From assembly GCF_009914755.1 (NCBI RefSeq), contig NC_060925.1: 64,000 nucleotides of DNA; one strand, given 5' to 3'. This DNA comes from the human T2T-CHM13v2.0 reference genome, Homo sapiens. A program made the position numbers and the translations under genes. This document shows, in pieces, positions 12,320 to 23,974 of this stretch (the stretch's first letter is position 1; every line of letters starts with the position of its first letter). Below the pieces are notes generated by a model. That model did no database searches. It saw only the letters and a list, made by a program, of their open reading frames with translations, and was not told where the DNA came from.

Positions 12320-12754
12320 TTTTCTTTTTATTTTATTTTATTTTATTATTATTATACTTTAAGTTTTAGGGTACATGTGCACAATGTGCAGGTTAGTTAC
12401 ATATGTATACATGTGCCATGCTGGTGTGCTACACCCATTAACTCATCATTTAGCATTAGGTATATAATCTAAAGCTATCCCTCCCTGCTCCCCCCACCCC
12501 ATAACAGTCCCCAGAGTGTGATGTTCCCCTTCCCGTGTCCATGTGTTCTCATTGTTCAATTCCCACCTATAAGTGAGAATATGCGATGTTTGGTTTTTTG
12601 TTCTTGCGATAGTTTACTGAGAATGATGATTTCCAATTTCATCCATGTCCCTACAAAGGACATGAACTCATCATTTTTTTATGGCTGCATAGTATTCCAT
12701 GGTGTATATGTGCCACATTTTCTTAATCCAGTCTATCATTGTTGGACATTTGGG
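12320..12754 (-). mobile_element. Young L1PA (L1PA2/3-like) 3' end, about 430 bp
   Basis: TTATTATACTTTAAGTTTTAGGGTACATGTGCACAATGTGCAGGTTAGTTAC..GAATGATGATTTCCAATTTCATCC. Confidence 0.93.
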
Positions 12755-12800
12755 CCTCTCAAAGTGCTGGGATTATGGGTGTGAGCCACCATGCCCAGCC
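12755..12800 (-). mobile_element. Alu 5' fragment (first ~46 nt) fused to the L1
   Basis: CCTCTCAAAGTGCTGGGATTATGGGTGTGAGCCACCATGCCCAGCC. Confidence 0.9.
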
Positions 12801-13329
12801 AATATCTTATATTTTAATGTTTGATAATGTTCTGCCTTCATCAAATATCATGTAAGCTCTATGAAAGCAGTATTTCCTGTGCCTAGAATACAATCCCCTT
12901 TTGCTGATTTGTCTCCATGGGCTTTACCATTAGGCAGCACTAAGACCTGAACATAAAGAGAACTGATGACTTTGTCTTCAAAATTTCTTCTTCCTTTGTT
13001 TTTGCCCTCTCTCCTTTTCCCCAGAGATACCTGTGTACTCTCTTCAACAGACTTAGGCCTTTAAAATCTAAAGGAAGAGATACAGACTTCTAGCTGCTTC
13101 TGTTTCCAGCACCTGCCAAGATATCTGAAGCAATGGATTATTGCTTGGCTTTTGTATTCAGGGGAGGTGAGGATAGGTTTAAGAAGAAAACCGTTAGAAG
13201 AATAAAACATTTATTCCAAAATTTCCATGTTCTCTTGGTGTTGCTGTTACACAGAATATATCTCCTTGGCACTAACTTCTACATGAAGAAGTCTGCTTCT
13301 ACCAATATCCAAAATGTCCTGTCTAGGGG

Positions 13330-13437
13330 TAAAGTAACCACCATTCTAGAGTGCTTGGGACTGTCCTGATTTTAGCAATAAAGGTTCTGCATTTCAGCCT
13401 TTCAGTCCTAAGCAAACTGAGATGGCTGGCCATTCTA
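13330..13437. mobile_element. MER81-like hAT-Blackjack MITE
   Basis: GGGACTGTCCTGATTTTAGCA..TCAGTCCTAAGCAAACTGAGATGGCTGGCCATTCTA with decayed terminal inverted repeats. Confidence 0.65.
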
Positions 13438-13439
13438 CC

Positions 13440-13800
13440 TGGAGTAGCATGGTATTCAGCCTTCAAAAAGGGCAAGCCAGAAGTTTCAGAAAATTAATGC
13501 CCAGGAAGCAGCCCTCAATCAATGAGGAACAGGAAGTTGGTGGATGAATATCCTCTATCAAATGGGAAAAAAACTGGATAACTGTAGTGTGTTTTCTTCT
13601 GTTTCTAAGAGTTCAGCATGATTGAACCAGTTGCCCACAGCAGTAGCTGATTTGATAATACTACGTTTATTTGTTCCCTTGTTTTCTTTCTCCTCTTTTC
13701 TACATCCCTATAGGTATTTCCTGGCATTCCTTCGCAGATAACCTACTTGCACCTCAAATTCTTGTCTTAGGGTTTGCTTCTGGGAAAACCTGAAGCCAAA
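13440..13800 (+). mobile_element. LTR16-family (ERVL) LTR fragment
   Basis: CAGCCCTCAATCAATGAGG..CTACTTGCACCTCAAATTCTTGTCTTAGGGTTTGCTTCTGGGAAAACC. Confidence 0.65.
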
Positions 13801-14116
13801 TGACTTACAAAATGCAGAGCTGGGCTGACACTTGCATTGATGAAATCCTCATCCTGGTATAACCATGTTCAAATGTAGTGGGTTCTCTCTTTTGGATGAA
13901 GCTTTCGATAGTTGGGTACAAAACAGTTGGGGTAAACTCTACACAGGCCTAACAAAGATGGTAACCAAAGGGGGTTTTTGTGACTCTTGGCCTGCTCAAC
14001 CTCAATTGTTTCTATACCCTAGAGGTGTGTATTAGGCTGAGAAGAAAGTTTTTGGAATGCTGAGGCATTTTCTTTTCTCTGGCTCCTCTGTGGATATTTT
14101 CTCATCTCAAGGTTAG

Positions 14117-16626
14117 TATCTTAGTCTATTTATGCTGCTAATATGATACCTTTTAACTTTTAAAGAACTTTTAAAGAACAATTTATTTCTCACAGTTGCA
14201 GAGGCTTAGAAGTTCAAGATCAAGGTGCAGGCAAGTTTAATGATTTGGTGAGGGCTGCTGTCTCTGCTCCCAAGATGGCAGCTTGTTGCTGCATCCTCCA
14301 AAGAGGGGGAAATGCTGTATCCTCACATGGTGGAAGGTAGAAGAACCAGAGCCAAATGCTTTGTGAAGCCTCTTCTATAAGGGCCTTAATCCCATTCATG
14401 AGGGAGGAGCCTTCATGGCCTAATCACCTCTTAAAGGCCCTCACATCTTAATACTATCACATCAGACATTAAGTTTCAACCCCTGAATTTTGGAGGGGAC
14501 ACATTCAAACTACAGCATTTTGCCCCACCTTCCAAAATTAATGTCCTTCTCATGTGCAAAATACATTAATTGCATCCCAATAGCCCCCAAAGTCTTAACT
14601 CATTCTTGTACCAACTTAAAAGTCTAAAGTATAGAGTCTTACATAAATCAGATATGGGTGAGACTCAAGGCACAATTCATCCTTAAGCAAATTTCCCTGT
14701 AGCTGTGAGCCTGTGAAATTAAACAAGTTATATGATTCTAAAAGGTAATGGTGGGACAGCCATAGAATAGACATTTCCAATTCAAAGGGAGAAATAGTCA
14801 AGAAGAAAGAGGTAACAGATCCCAAATCAGTCCTAAACCTAAGTAGGCAAACAATACTGTCTTAGGGCTTGAGAATAATTTTCTTGATTTCATGTCCCGT
14901 CTTCCAGAAACACTGGGGTGGGGGTTGGGTCCCCAGGACTGCAGGGGACCATGCCCCCATGGCTTTGCTAGGCATAGCCCATCCACTAGCCCTTACAGGT
15001 CGGAGTTGGGTGCCTGGAGCTTTTTCAGGCTGGTGTTGCATGCTGGTGGCCCTACAGCTCTGGGGTGTAGAGGTGTCCCTCCCACCATGGATCCACAAAG
15101 ATTTACCCTAGGAAGGCTTTCTTCAGTGCCCCTGCTCCACTGACCATTCTCTGTCTGGGCCCTGAGCTCGCTGAGGCATCTTTGAAACTTAGGTGGAGGT
15201 AAACAGTACTTCCACAGTGTATATGCTCTGCAAGCCTGTAGAATTAGCACCATGTGGATGCCATCAAGTTTTACAGCTTATACCTTTCAGAGTGGTAGCC
15301 TGAGCCATATTCAGGCTCACGTGAGCCACAGGAGTACCTTGGCTTGGAGGCCAAGGAGTACTGAACCAAAATGCAGGGAATGGAGGAGACATTAGGCAGC
15401 CTTGGGCTGCAAGTCGTAAGGTCTCACGTTGCTTTGGCTCCCCACCCCACCAAAACCTGTTCTACCCTCAAGGCTCTTGTGCTCTAGGCCTGTGGTGGGC
15501 ATAGTAGACTTGAAGATATCTGAAATGCCTTTGAGATTATTCTCCCATTGTCTTGATGAATAGCATCTGGCTTTCTTCTACCCATATTAATCACTATCAA
15601 ACAGTCACTTGGCCATACCCTTGGTTTTATGTTCTACATATGGTTTTTTCTTTACATGGCCAGGTTGAGAATTCTCTAAATCTTTAAGTTATGCTTCCCT
15701 TTTAATTATAAATTTTGTCTTTAAATATTATTTTCTCTTCTCACATTTTACTATAAGCAGTTAAGAGAAGCTACACAACACCCTGAACACTGTCTGCTTG
15801 GAGATTTCTTGTACCTGATATTTCAGTTCATCACTCTAAAGCTCTGCCTTTCATAAAGTCCTAGGACACAGACACAATTCATCCAAGCTCTTTGCCACTT
15901 GGCAACAAGGATGAGCATCCCTCTAATTTGATAAGATGGTCCTCATTTCCATTTAAGACCTCATCAGAATGACCTTTACTATTCATATCTCTACCAGTGT
16001 TCTGATCACATTCACTTAGGTAATTTCTAAGACAACTGAAACTCTCTCTCCAGCTCTTTTCTTCTGAGCCTGCATTAGAATCACCCTTAATGGTCCATTC
16101 AGGGCAACCTAGGGTCCTTCTAATATTCACTTCAAAGCTGTCTCAGCCTTTACCCATTACCTAGTTCCAAGCTCAATAACACATTTTTTAAGTGTTTGTT
16201 ATAGTGACACCCAACTCCTGGTAACAATTTTTGTCTTAGCCTGTTTATGCTGCCATAACAAGATACCTGAGCCTGGGTAACTTATAAAGAATAGTATTTT
16301 TTCTCATATTTCTGGAGGCTGGGTGCTTCAAGATCAAGGCAGTGGCAAGTTTGGTTGTTTGGTGAGGGGTGCTCTGTGCTTCCAAAATGGCACCTTGTGG
16401 CTGCATCCTCCAGAGAGGAGGAATGCTGTGTCCTTACTTGGTGGAAGACAGAAGGGCAAGAGCTGAATGTAGCATAAAGCCTCTTTTAGAAGGTCCTTAA
16501 TCCCATCAAGAAAGAGGAGCCCTCATGGCTTAATCACCTCTTAAAGGCCCCACCTCTTAATATTATCACAATGGCCACTAAGTTTTAACACTTGAATTTT
16601 GGAGGGGACACATTTAAATGATAGCA
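14117..16626 (-). mobile_element. Complete MaLR provirus (MSTD-like): LTR 14117-14517, internal 14518-16231, LTR 16232-16626
   Basis: Two homologous ~400-bp direct repeats (shared CAAGATCAAGG..GGTGAGGG..TAATCACCTCTTAAAGGCCC..TGAATTTTGGAGGGGACACATT) around ~1.7 kb of MST-internal-like sequence; degenerate TSD GTTAG/GCTAA. Confidence 0.9.
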
Positions 16627-16859
16627 GCTAATGAAGAAGGCCTATAAAAAGTCCATCCAAGAGACATGCATGTGTTCCCTGAACCTTGTTCTTGACTCAC
16701 ATCTAGAAGTATTAAGAACAAGAGGTTTTGCTATTTCCCTAATGGTGGAGTAAAGATAAGGGGCTATTTTGGGAGCAAGCCTCACTCCCCTGGTGTCCGG
16801 CCCAAAGCCATATGTTTCTCATAAATACCAGCCGTGTGTTCTTTTGGAGTGACAAGATT

Positions 16860-17241
16860 GAGTATGAGACGTGACTCAAAAGGACTTCATGATGAGGTTG
16901 GGTGAAAGTGTTGTACGAAACCAGCTGCAATGTCATGAAAACACGGGAGCAGTTTTAAGAGGAGATTCACACAGGTAGGGACTGAGCCTTTAAACTAACA
17001 GCCATTTGGATGCAGCCATCTTGGCAACATCTTTCAGCCCTAGCCACTCCTTCAGATGACTGCATTTCTGGCCAACAGCTTGACTGCAGCATCATGAGAG
17101 AGCCTGAGCCAAAACCATCCAGCTAAGCTGCTCTTGGGTTCCTGAAGACAGAAACTGAAGACAGATACAATGTTTATTGTTTTAAACTGCTAAGTTTGGG
17201 GGTATTTTATAAATGCCTATGAGATCACAGATAGCTAATAC
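16860..17241 (+). mobile_element. MLT1F-like LTR
   Basis: CCTTCAGATGACTGCA..TTGACTGCAGCATCATGAGAGAGCCTGAGCC..CCAGCTAAGCTGCTC..GCTAAGTTTGGGGG. Confidence 0.75.
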
Positions 17242-17955
17242 TTTCTGATAAAAAAATTGTTGAATGTTCTTAAAAGGTAATCACTGAAGAGTCCACAAAA
17301 GCAGCCCACTAGTGAAAATGTCAGCTTTGAACATTTGTCAATCCTAGAGGGCACTGATGGCAAATCACAGCCATACCATTCAGAAAGTTTTTTTTTTTTT
17401 TAATATCTCTTTTGTGACCCCGCCCACATTCTGGGCTAACAAGGTAGGGAGAAAAAGTGAACCAGGGGACCAGACACAGAAAAGATGCTAACTCCTCAGA
17501 TTTGTGAAAAGGTGTTTTAACTTTCAATGAAAGTAGAAATGTTTGACTCTTACATGCAGCTGAGGTTTTTTTTTTATTGCTGAGATTAAAAAGAGCAGAA
17601 GGATTAAGAGAATTGCCCTAGATTTCACCCACTGGGTGGGAAAAAAGTAGCCAGAGTGGGTATGAACAGACTATGGGGGAGAAGAATAAAGTTCTGTGTT
17701 TAGTGAAGTCGTCATCTTTTAACCTTGTCCTTACATTAGCATTCACAGTCCTCCACAGCTTAGGTTCTCATCTTTTCAGCATCAACTCCTCTTTTGCTAG
17801 TGAAAAACCAACTCATCTTTGCAATATAAGTATCACCTGTTCTAAGCAAGGTCTCCTGGATCCCCATGTGAAAATTATTATCTTCCTCCCCCAGGATATT
17901 TTAGCTCTTCATGTCTTGGCTGTCCCTTCCACATTGCCACACATCCTTTGTGGCA

Positions 17956-18438
<483 letters not shown>

Positions 18439-21009
18439 TGACGTTTTTAAATGTAAATAGTTCCTTAAGTTGACTTATCTTGCTCTTGTACTGGATTGTG
18501 AGCTCCTTGAAGTTAATCCTATATGGATTAAGGTTATAATAGAGATTCAAGGAGTAACAATGCAGAGATTAAGAAGATGATCACTTTGTATTTAAGTTAC
18601 TACATAGGAAGTATAGCTGAAAGACAGTCCTTACCTTCCAGAAAGGTATTGAGTAGGGATAAAACATTAATAAACAAAGGTCCTGTGAGCTGCCAGAAGC
18701 CACTCAAAGATGAAAATAGGGTATGCACTTGAGGTCAGATGCAGGAGTCATAGTCAGGTCACCAGCTAGCATGCATAGAACATGCTAAGTAAGCAAACTG
18801 AGGTCAGGAACCAAGTTGAAAGAAGGAGACAGGAAGTCCAAGAAGGGACAGAATGGACAATCAGCAAGAGACAAAACCAAGACTGACAAGAACTTAATTT
18901 TTTTCAGTAGTGTGCAAGCATCCAGTGATAAGTACATACTCCCAGAGTTCTTCAGCTTGACTTAGAAGCATGGTACCCTGATTCTGATACATGATAGTAT
19001 TTATAAATAGGCAGAGCTTTGGACTGCCAGCTGGATCAGAAGAGGACCCTTGTAGTACATTTGGAGTTTTATATTAAAAAAAAAAAAGACTATGTAAGCT
19101 GTTGACATTAAAAAGTGAGGGTGGACTGGGATGTTGAAGGTGATGAAGGGCCAAGGATCTACGGCCACAGGCATTGCTTATGGTGCTATCCTCAAAAGCT
19201 GTGCAAAATAAGGAAGGGGGTGCATACTATAAGCTGAATGAACACAATTTTATCAGACAAACTTAAAAGTGATCCTACAGCCTATCTGGATGTTAATATG
19301 GAATGGCTCAGTTTCTCCTCTTTCCTTTAATACACTCTAGGCAGGAGATCAGACCTCAGCAAGACCCTCAGAGGGAGTTCCCTCAGGTTATCTAAATAGG
19401 GAATCAATCATTGCATAGGGCTGCTTTCCTCCGAATGGAGACTTCCAAGTGATTAACACCACACAAACAACAACGGTGGGAGGCAAGACCATAAATTTTA
19501 CACTAACTTCCTTCTAATTGATGAGTTCGCCCACCACTTTCAGCCATGAGGTTGCAGCGCCTTGGCCTTGACCCAGACCCAGCTTCTCCGCACCCCCTTT
19601 CCCTAGCCTTATACTCTCTCACCTTCCAAAGTGAATTAGTGCTATTTGCCTTGAAAGCTTCCAATCCTGGCTGGTTAGCAGCCAGCTGCAACCCATCAAA
19701 ACTCTGATTAGGCATTTGAAAGGGTGGAGCATTTTTCATAAAATGATTGACAATGGCTTCTATCTCACACACCTGCTGCTTTAAACCCCCTATAAAATGT
19801 CAGCAGGGAGTGTAAGTGATAGATTGCAGTGGTGCTGCCCAACGTAGGAATGTTAAGAGCTAGGAGATGGGAGTGTCTGAACCTCAGCTACTGGAAAGAA
19901 AACAAAACAAGCACCCCATCAAATCCATTTCTGAAGACAGCCATGAGGGCACATTTCACCCATCCCAGCTTTCTTAGTCCAATGTAGCATGGTTTTCAGC
20001 ACTGGTAAGCATTGTTGTTACTGTTTGACAACCACAAGGTTGTCCCTGCCCAACGCAGGGCCTGGCTCCAGGGCACCAAGTCAAGCAGTCCTAGAGTCAT
20101 TTCTGGCCACCAGCCATTTTTATGTGGTTCAGAAACTGGCCATTTGGGATTGATTCAAGTTTGAGGGATTCTAAGGGCTTTCTTGGTGCCTTCATGGGTA
20201 GGACCTGTCCAGTTGTGTGGCTCTGAGTGATAGTTTTCTTGTAGGCAGGTTGCTAAATCCAAATGGCCCAATATTAAAATCAATGCAAGTACAAACTTTT
20301 CCTCAGGCCAAATTATTCTTTCTGGATGGCCCAAGTTAAGAGGATGATGAAAAGGATTCCAGGTGGAGTCTGAGAGAAAGGGGTAATGAGTTAGGTACAG
20401 AGCTGGGTCACTAAAGTTGGAGGGTAACCTGAGTTCAAACACTTTGAAAGGTGGTCTTCAGATGGGCAGAGTTCAGTGGTAAGGAACCAAGAAGGAGCAG
20501 ACCTGGAATGTCACTCTTGAAGGCAAGTAATGGATGAGGTGAACCCAATTTATGTTTCATGTCTGGTGGGAATGGCTAATCTTGTATAGTTACCGATAGT
20601 GAAGAATGGATACTAAGAACTTTATAAATTAGTTTCAGTTCATAAGAACATAACCTGGGGGTGTTATATACCAGATACCCTCCCTGTCCTCACAATGCAA
20701 AGTAGATGTTAACTGAGTATTTATAGTCAAGTTTGATGAATGTTGGATGGAATGGAAAAGTACAGGGAGCTTTGAGAGTTTCAGGTCTTTTGAGCTTTGA
20801 AAGCACAGGGAATCTTGGGAAGTAAGGACATCTCTTATCAATAAACATTTATTGAGCACGCACGTATACTGGGTACTGTAAGGGTATGGGAGACTGCCTA
20901 CTACCGTAAACAACTTAGGATTTATTTGCAGTTTTTTCTCACCTCTATGCCCGCAGAAGCAGAGTATAACAAGAGAGTGTGGCTCAGTACAAGAGTAGCA
21001 CAGAGGTAG

Positions 21010-22620
21010 GAGTGATTATTATAGACTTAAGCTATTCTTTTAATTATGAAATATTCCAACTATACAAAAATCAGAAAACATGTAGGTATATTCATTATCC
21101 AGATTTAATAGAATCATGTTGCAAAATGTGCTGCATTTCTCTCATGTCCAAGAATACAATTCCATATACAACTAAAGCCTGGCTCCTCCAGCCTGTTCCT
21201 TTATCCGTCTTCGAGGTCAGAGCACTCCTGAAGTTGGTATCATTCCCATACATTTTAAAAACTGTTACTACATCTGCATGCCAGATGTATCCTATCTTGT
21301 CTTTCCTCTTCAAGTATGCTGGCTTTCATTAAAACATTTGTATTTCTAATTTACTCAGTTTTATCAATCTCTTTTTTTATGTACTTTGTGTTTTACAAAA
21401 AATCTTTCCCTACTCTGAAGGCATGAGATATTTTCTCTCTTGCCTAACAGTTTCAGAGTTTTGCTTTTACCTTTGTGGATTCAAACCTTCTGGAATTTGC
21501 TTTTATAAATTTTAAATTTAAAAAAATCTAATTTTACTTTCTTCCACATAACCAATTTCCCCAATATTTATTGATTAGTCCTTCTTTTCTAACAGACATC
21601 TAATGTCCTATATTATCTTCATGGTTCCAATATTTGTATAGATCCTTTTATAAAGATTCTTTTTCTCATGGTTTTTCTATCCCTGTGTTAATACCCTACT
21701 GGTTTTTCATGACTATTCATATCTGGTAAGGTACATCTACTTCTTCCATTGGATTTGTTATTCCTGACCCTTCAGTCTATTATAAAACATTGTGATCAAC
21801 ATCCTGACTTTCTGAAAAGCCCATTTTAGAGATATCACATTGAAATTATATAATTTTTATATTAATTTATGGAAAAATGTCATCAGTATGACTGTCTTCC
21901 CTGATATAAACATGATTTTTAAAAATATTTATTTATTTATTTATTTTTTGAGACAGAGCAGAGTCTCACTCTGTCACCCAGGCTGGAGTGCAGTGCTGTA
22001 ATCTTGGCTCACTGCAACTGCCACCTCCCAGGTTTCAGTGATCCTCTCGCCTAAGCCTCCTGAGTAGCTGTCACTACAGGCATGCACCACCACGTCCAGC
22101 TAATTTTTGTATTTTTAGTAGAGATGAAGTTTCACCATGTTGGCCAGACTGGTCTCGAACTCCTGAACTCCTGACCTCAAGGGATAACGCCCACCTCGGC
22201 CACCCAAAGCACTGGGATTACAGGCGTGAGCCACCCTGCCCAGCCAACATGATTTCTCTCTACATTTATTTAGATCATTTTTTGTGCTCTTCAATAAAGT
22301 TTTATAATTTCCTTAGTAAAGATGTCAACAGATACATATGTTTTGAATGATTTATGTCTAAGTGCTTTGTATTGTTGTATTGTAAATGGTGTTTACAGTT
22401 TCTAAATTTTTTCAGGTTTACAGCAACAACCAAATTTTGTTTGTTGATACAGTAACCTGAAATCATGATGAAATCTTAGTTTCTCTTGGATTTTAAGTAG
22501 ATAATTTTATCTCTGCTTATGATACAATTTTATTTCTTATCTTCTCCAGTCTTGATATTCTGTATTTTGTATTTTTGTATTTAAGACAGAGTTTTGACTT
22601 ATTGCTGTGTTTAGGACCTC
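21010..22620 (-). mobile_element. Old L1M(E) fragments, interrupted by an Alu
   Basis: T-rich sequence resembling L1 ORF2 antisense (AAATCTTTCCCTACTC; TTCAATAAAGTTTTATAATTT; ATTGTAAATGGT). Confidence 0.55.
21919..22245 (-). mobile_element. Alu (Sz/Jb-like) with (TTTA)n tail
   Basis: Full dimer; TSD AACATGATTT at 21909-21918 and 22246-22255. Confidence 0.95.
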
Positions 22621-22757
22621 TGGTATAATTGCTCTGCTGCATTCTGAGTAATTTGTCAGATTTTTCATTTACTAATTCTTCATTTGCATTTTTCTATTTT
22701 CTTCATTGTGTCTATAATCTATTTCATTCTCTTTCACATTGATCTTTTTCTCCACAG

Positions 22758-23520
22758 TGTCTTAGATAAGATTAGGCTAGGTTATGCTGCAACAACAAAC
22801 CATCCTAAACTTGTCTTAAAACAACAGGATTTTGTTTATGTTTCATGTCCTGACAAAATTAGTGGAATGGTCCCTTCCACATAGTTACTTATAAATCTAA
22901 GATGATGGGACCACCAACATTTTGTTTCTGTGTAATCTGAAACAGGTGGTTTCTCAGTCATGATGGCAGGGGAAGAAAATATGTGTTACAGACTGAATGT
23001 TTGTGTACTTTCACCCCCAAATTCATTTGTTTAAGCCCTAACCCACAATGTGATGATTTGGAGGTAAAGGTCTTTGAGAGGTAATTAGGGTTAGATGAGG
23101 CCATAATGGTGAAGCTCTGGTAATGGAATTAATGACCTTACAAGAAGAGACAGAAAATTTGCTCTCTCTTTCTCCACCATGTGAGGACACAGTGAGAAGG
23201 TGACTGTCCACAAGTCAGGAAGCCCTTATCAGGGACTGAATCTGCCTTGATCTCAGATTTCTCATCTACAGAATTATGAGAAAACAAATTTCTGTTGTTT
23301 AAGCCATCCAGTCTTTGGTATTTTGTTATGGCAGCCTGAGCAGACCAATACAGCATGAGGAGTCAGGCACCAGATTTTAGTGCTTTGACTCCAAAATGAC
23401 AGATGTTTCTGATAACAACTATCAGACAGAATGAGTCACATTCCTCCATCTATCTATAATGTAGCTAGAAAATACATTCTTCCTGGGGATGAGAAAGAAG
23501 AGGAGAAGCAGATATTGGTA
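22758..23520 (-). mobile_element. Old MLT1 (K/L-like) LTR split by an MLT1A insertion
   Basis: GATTAGGCTAGGTTATGCTGCAACAACAAAC..CTTAAAACAACA; similar sequence continues after 23357. Confidence 0.55.
22984..23352 (+). mobile_element. MLT1A/MLT1A0 solo LTR
   Basis: TGTTACAGACTGAATGTTTGTGT..GCAGCCTGAGCAGACCAATACA; near-TSD ATATG/GCATG. Confidence 0.88.
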
Positions 23521-23974
23521 TATAATGTCAAAGTAAACTATATGTTATATTCTTTGTAGCTGTGATATGTGCAGTTTTTATATATTTTAAACATTGATAT
23601 TTTCCCTTTCAAGTTAAAAATTTTAATCTAATTATCTCCAGTTTGGGGAGGGGATTGTCTGATCCTCTCACTCTCTTTGGCTGTTAATTGTTATTCCATA
23701 ATCATTTATTTCTTCACATTTTAAAACTTTTTAATATAAACTGATCTTTAGCTGTATTTTCCCCACCTGATGGGATCCTGTTTGGTCTTGTTTTTTAAAG
23801 TATATCCCCAGAATATTTTGTTGTTTTTGCTTTCTTTTGCCATATATCCCAAGAATATTACTGATCAATGATCAATTTTATTTTCATTGATTGGTGTAGG
23901 GATTTCTGTACCCCAAGACTAGGTAAAATTCAGTCTCCAAATATAAGAGATTGGCAAAAAGGATAGAAAAACCT

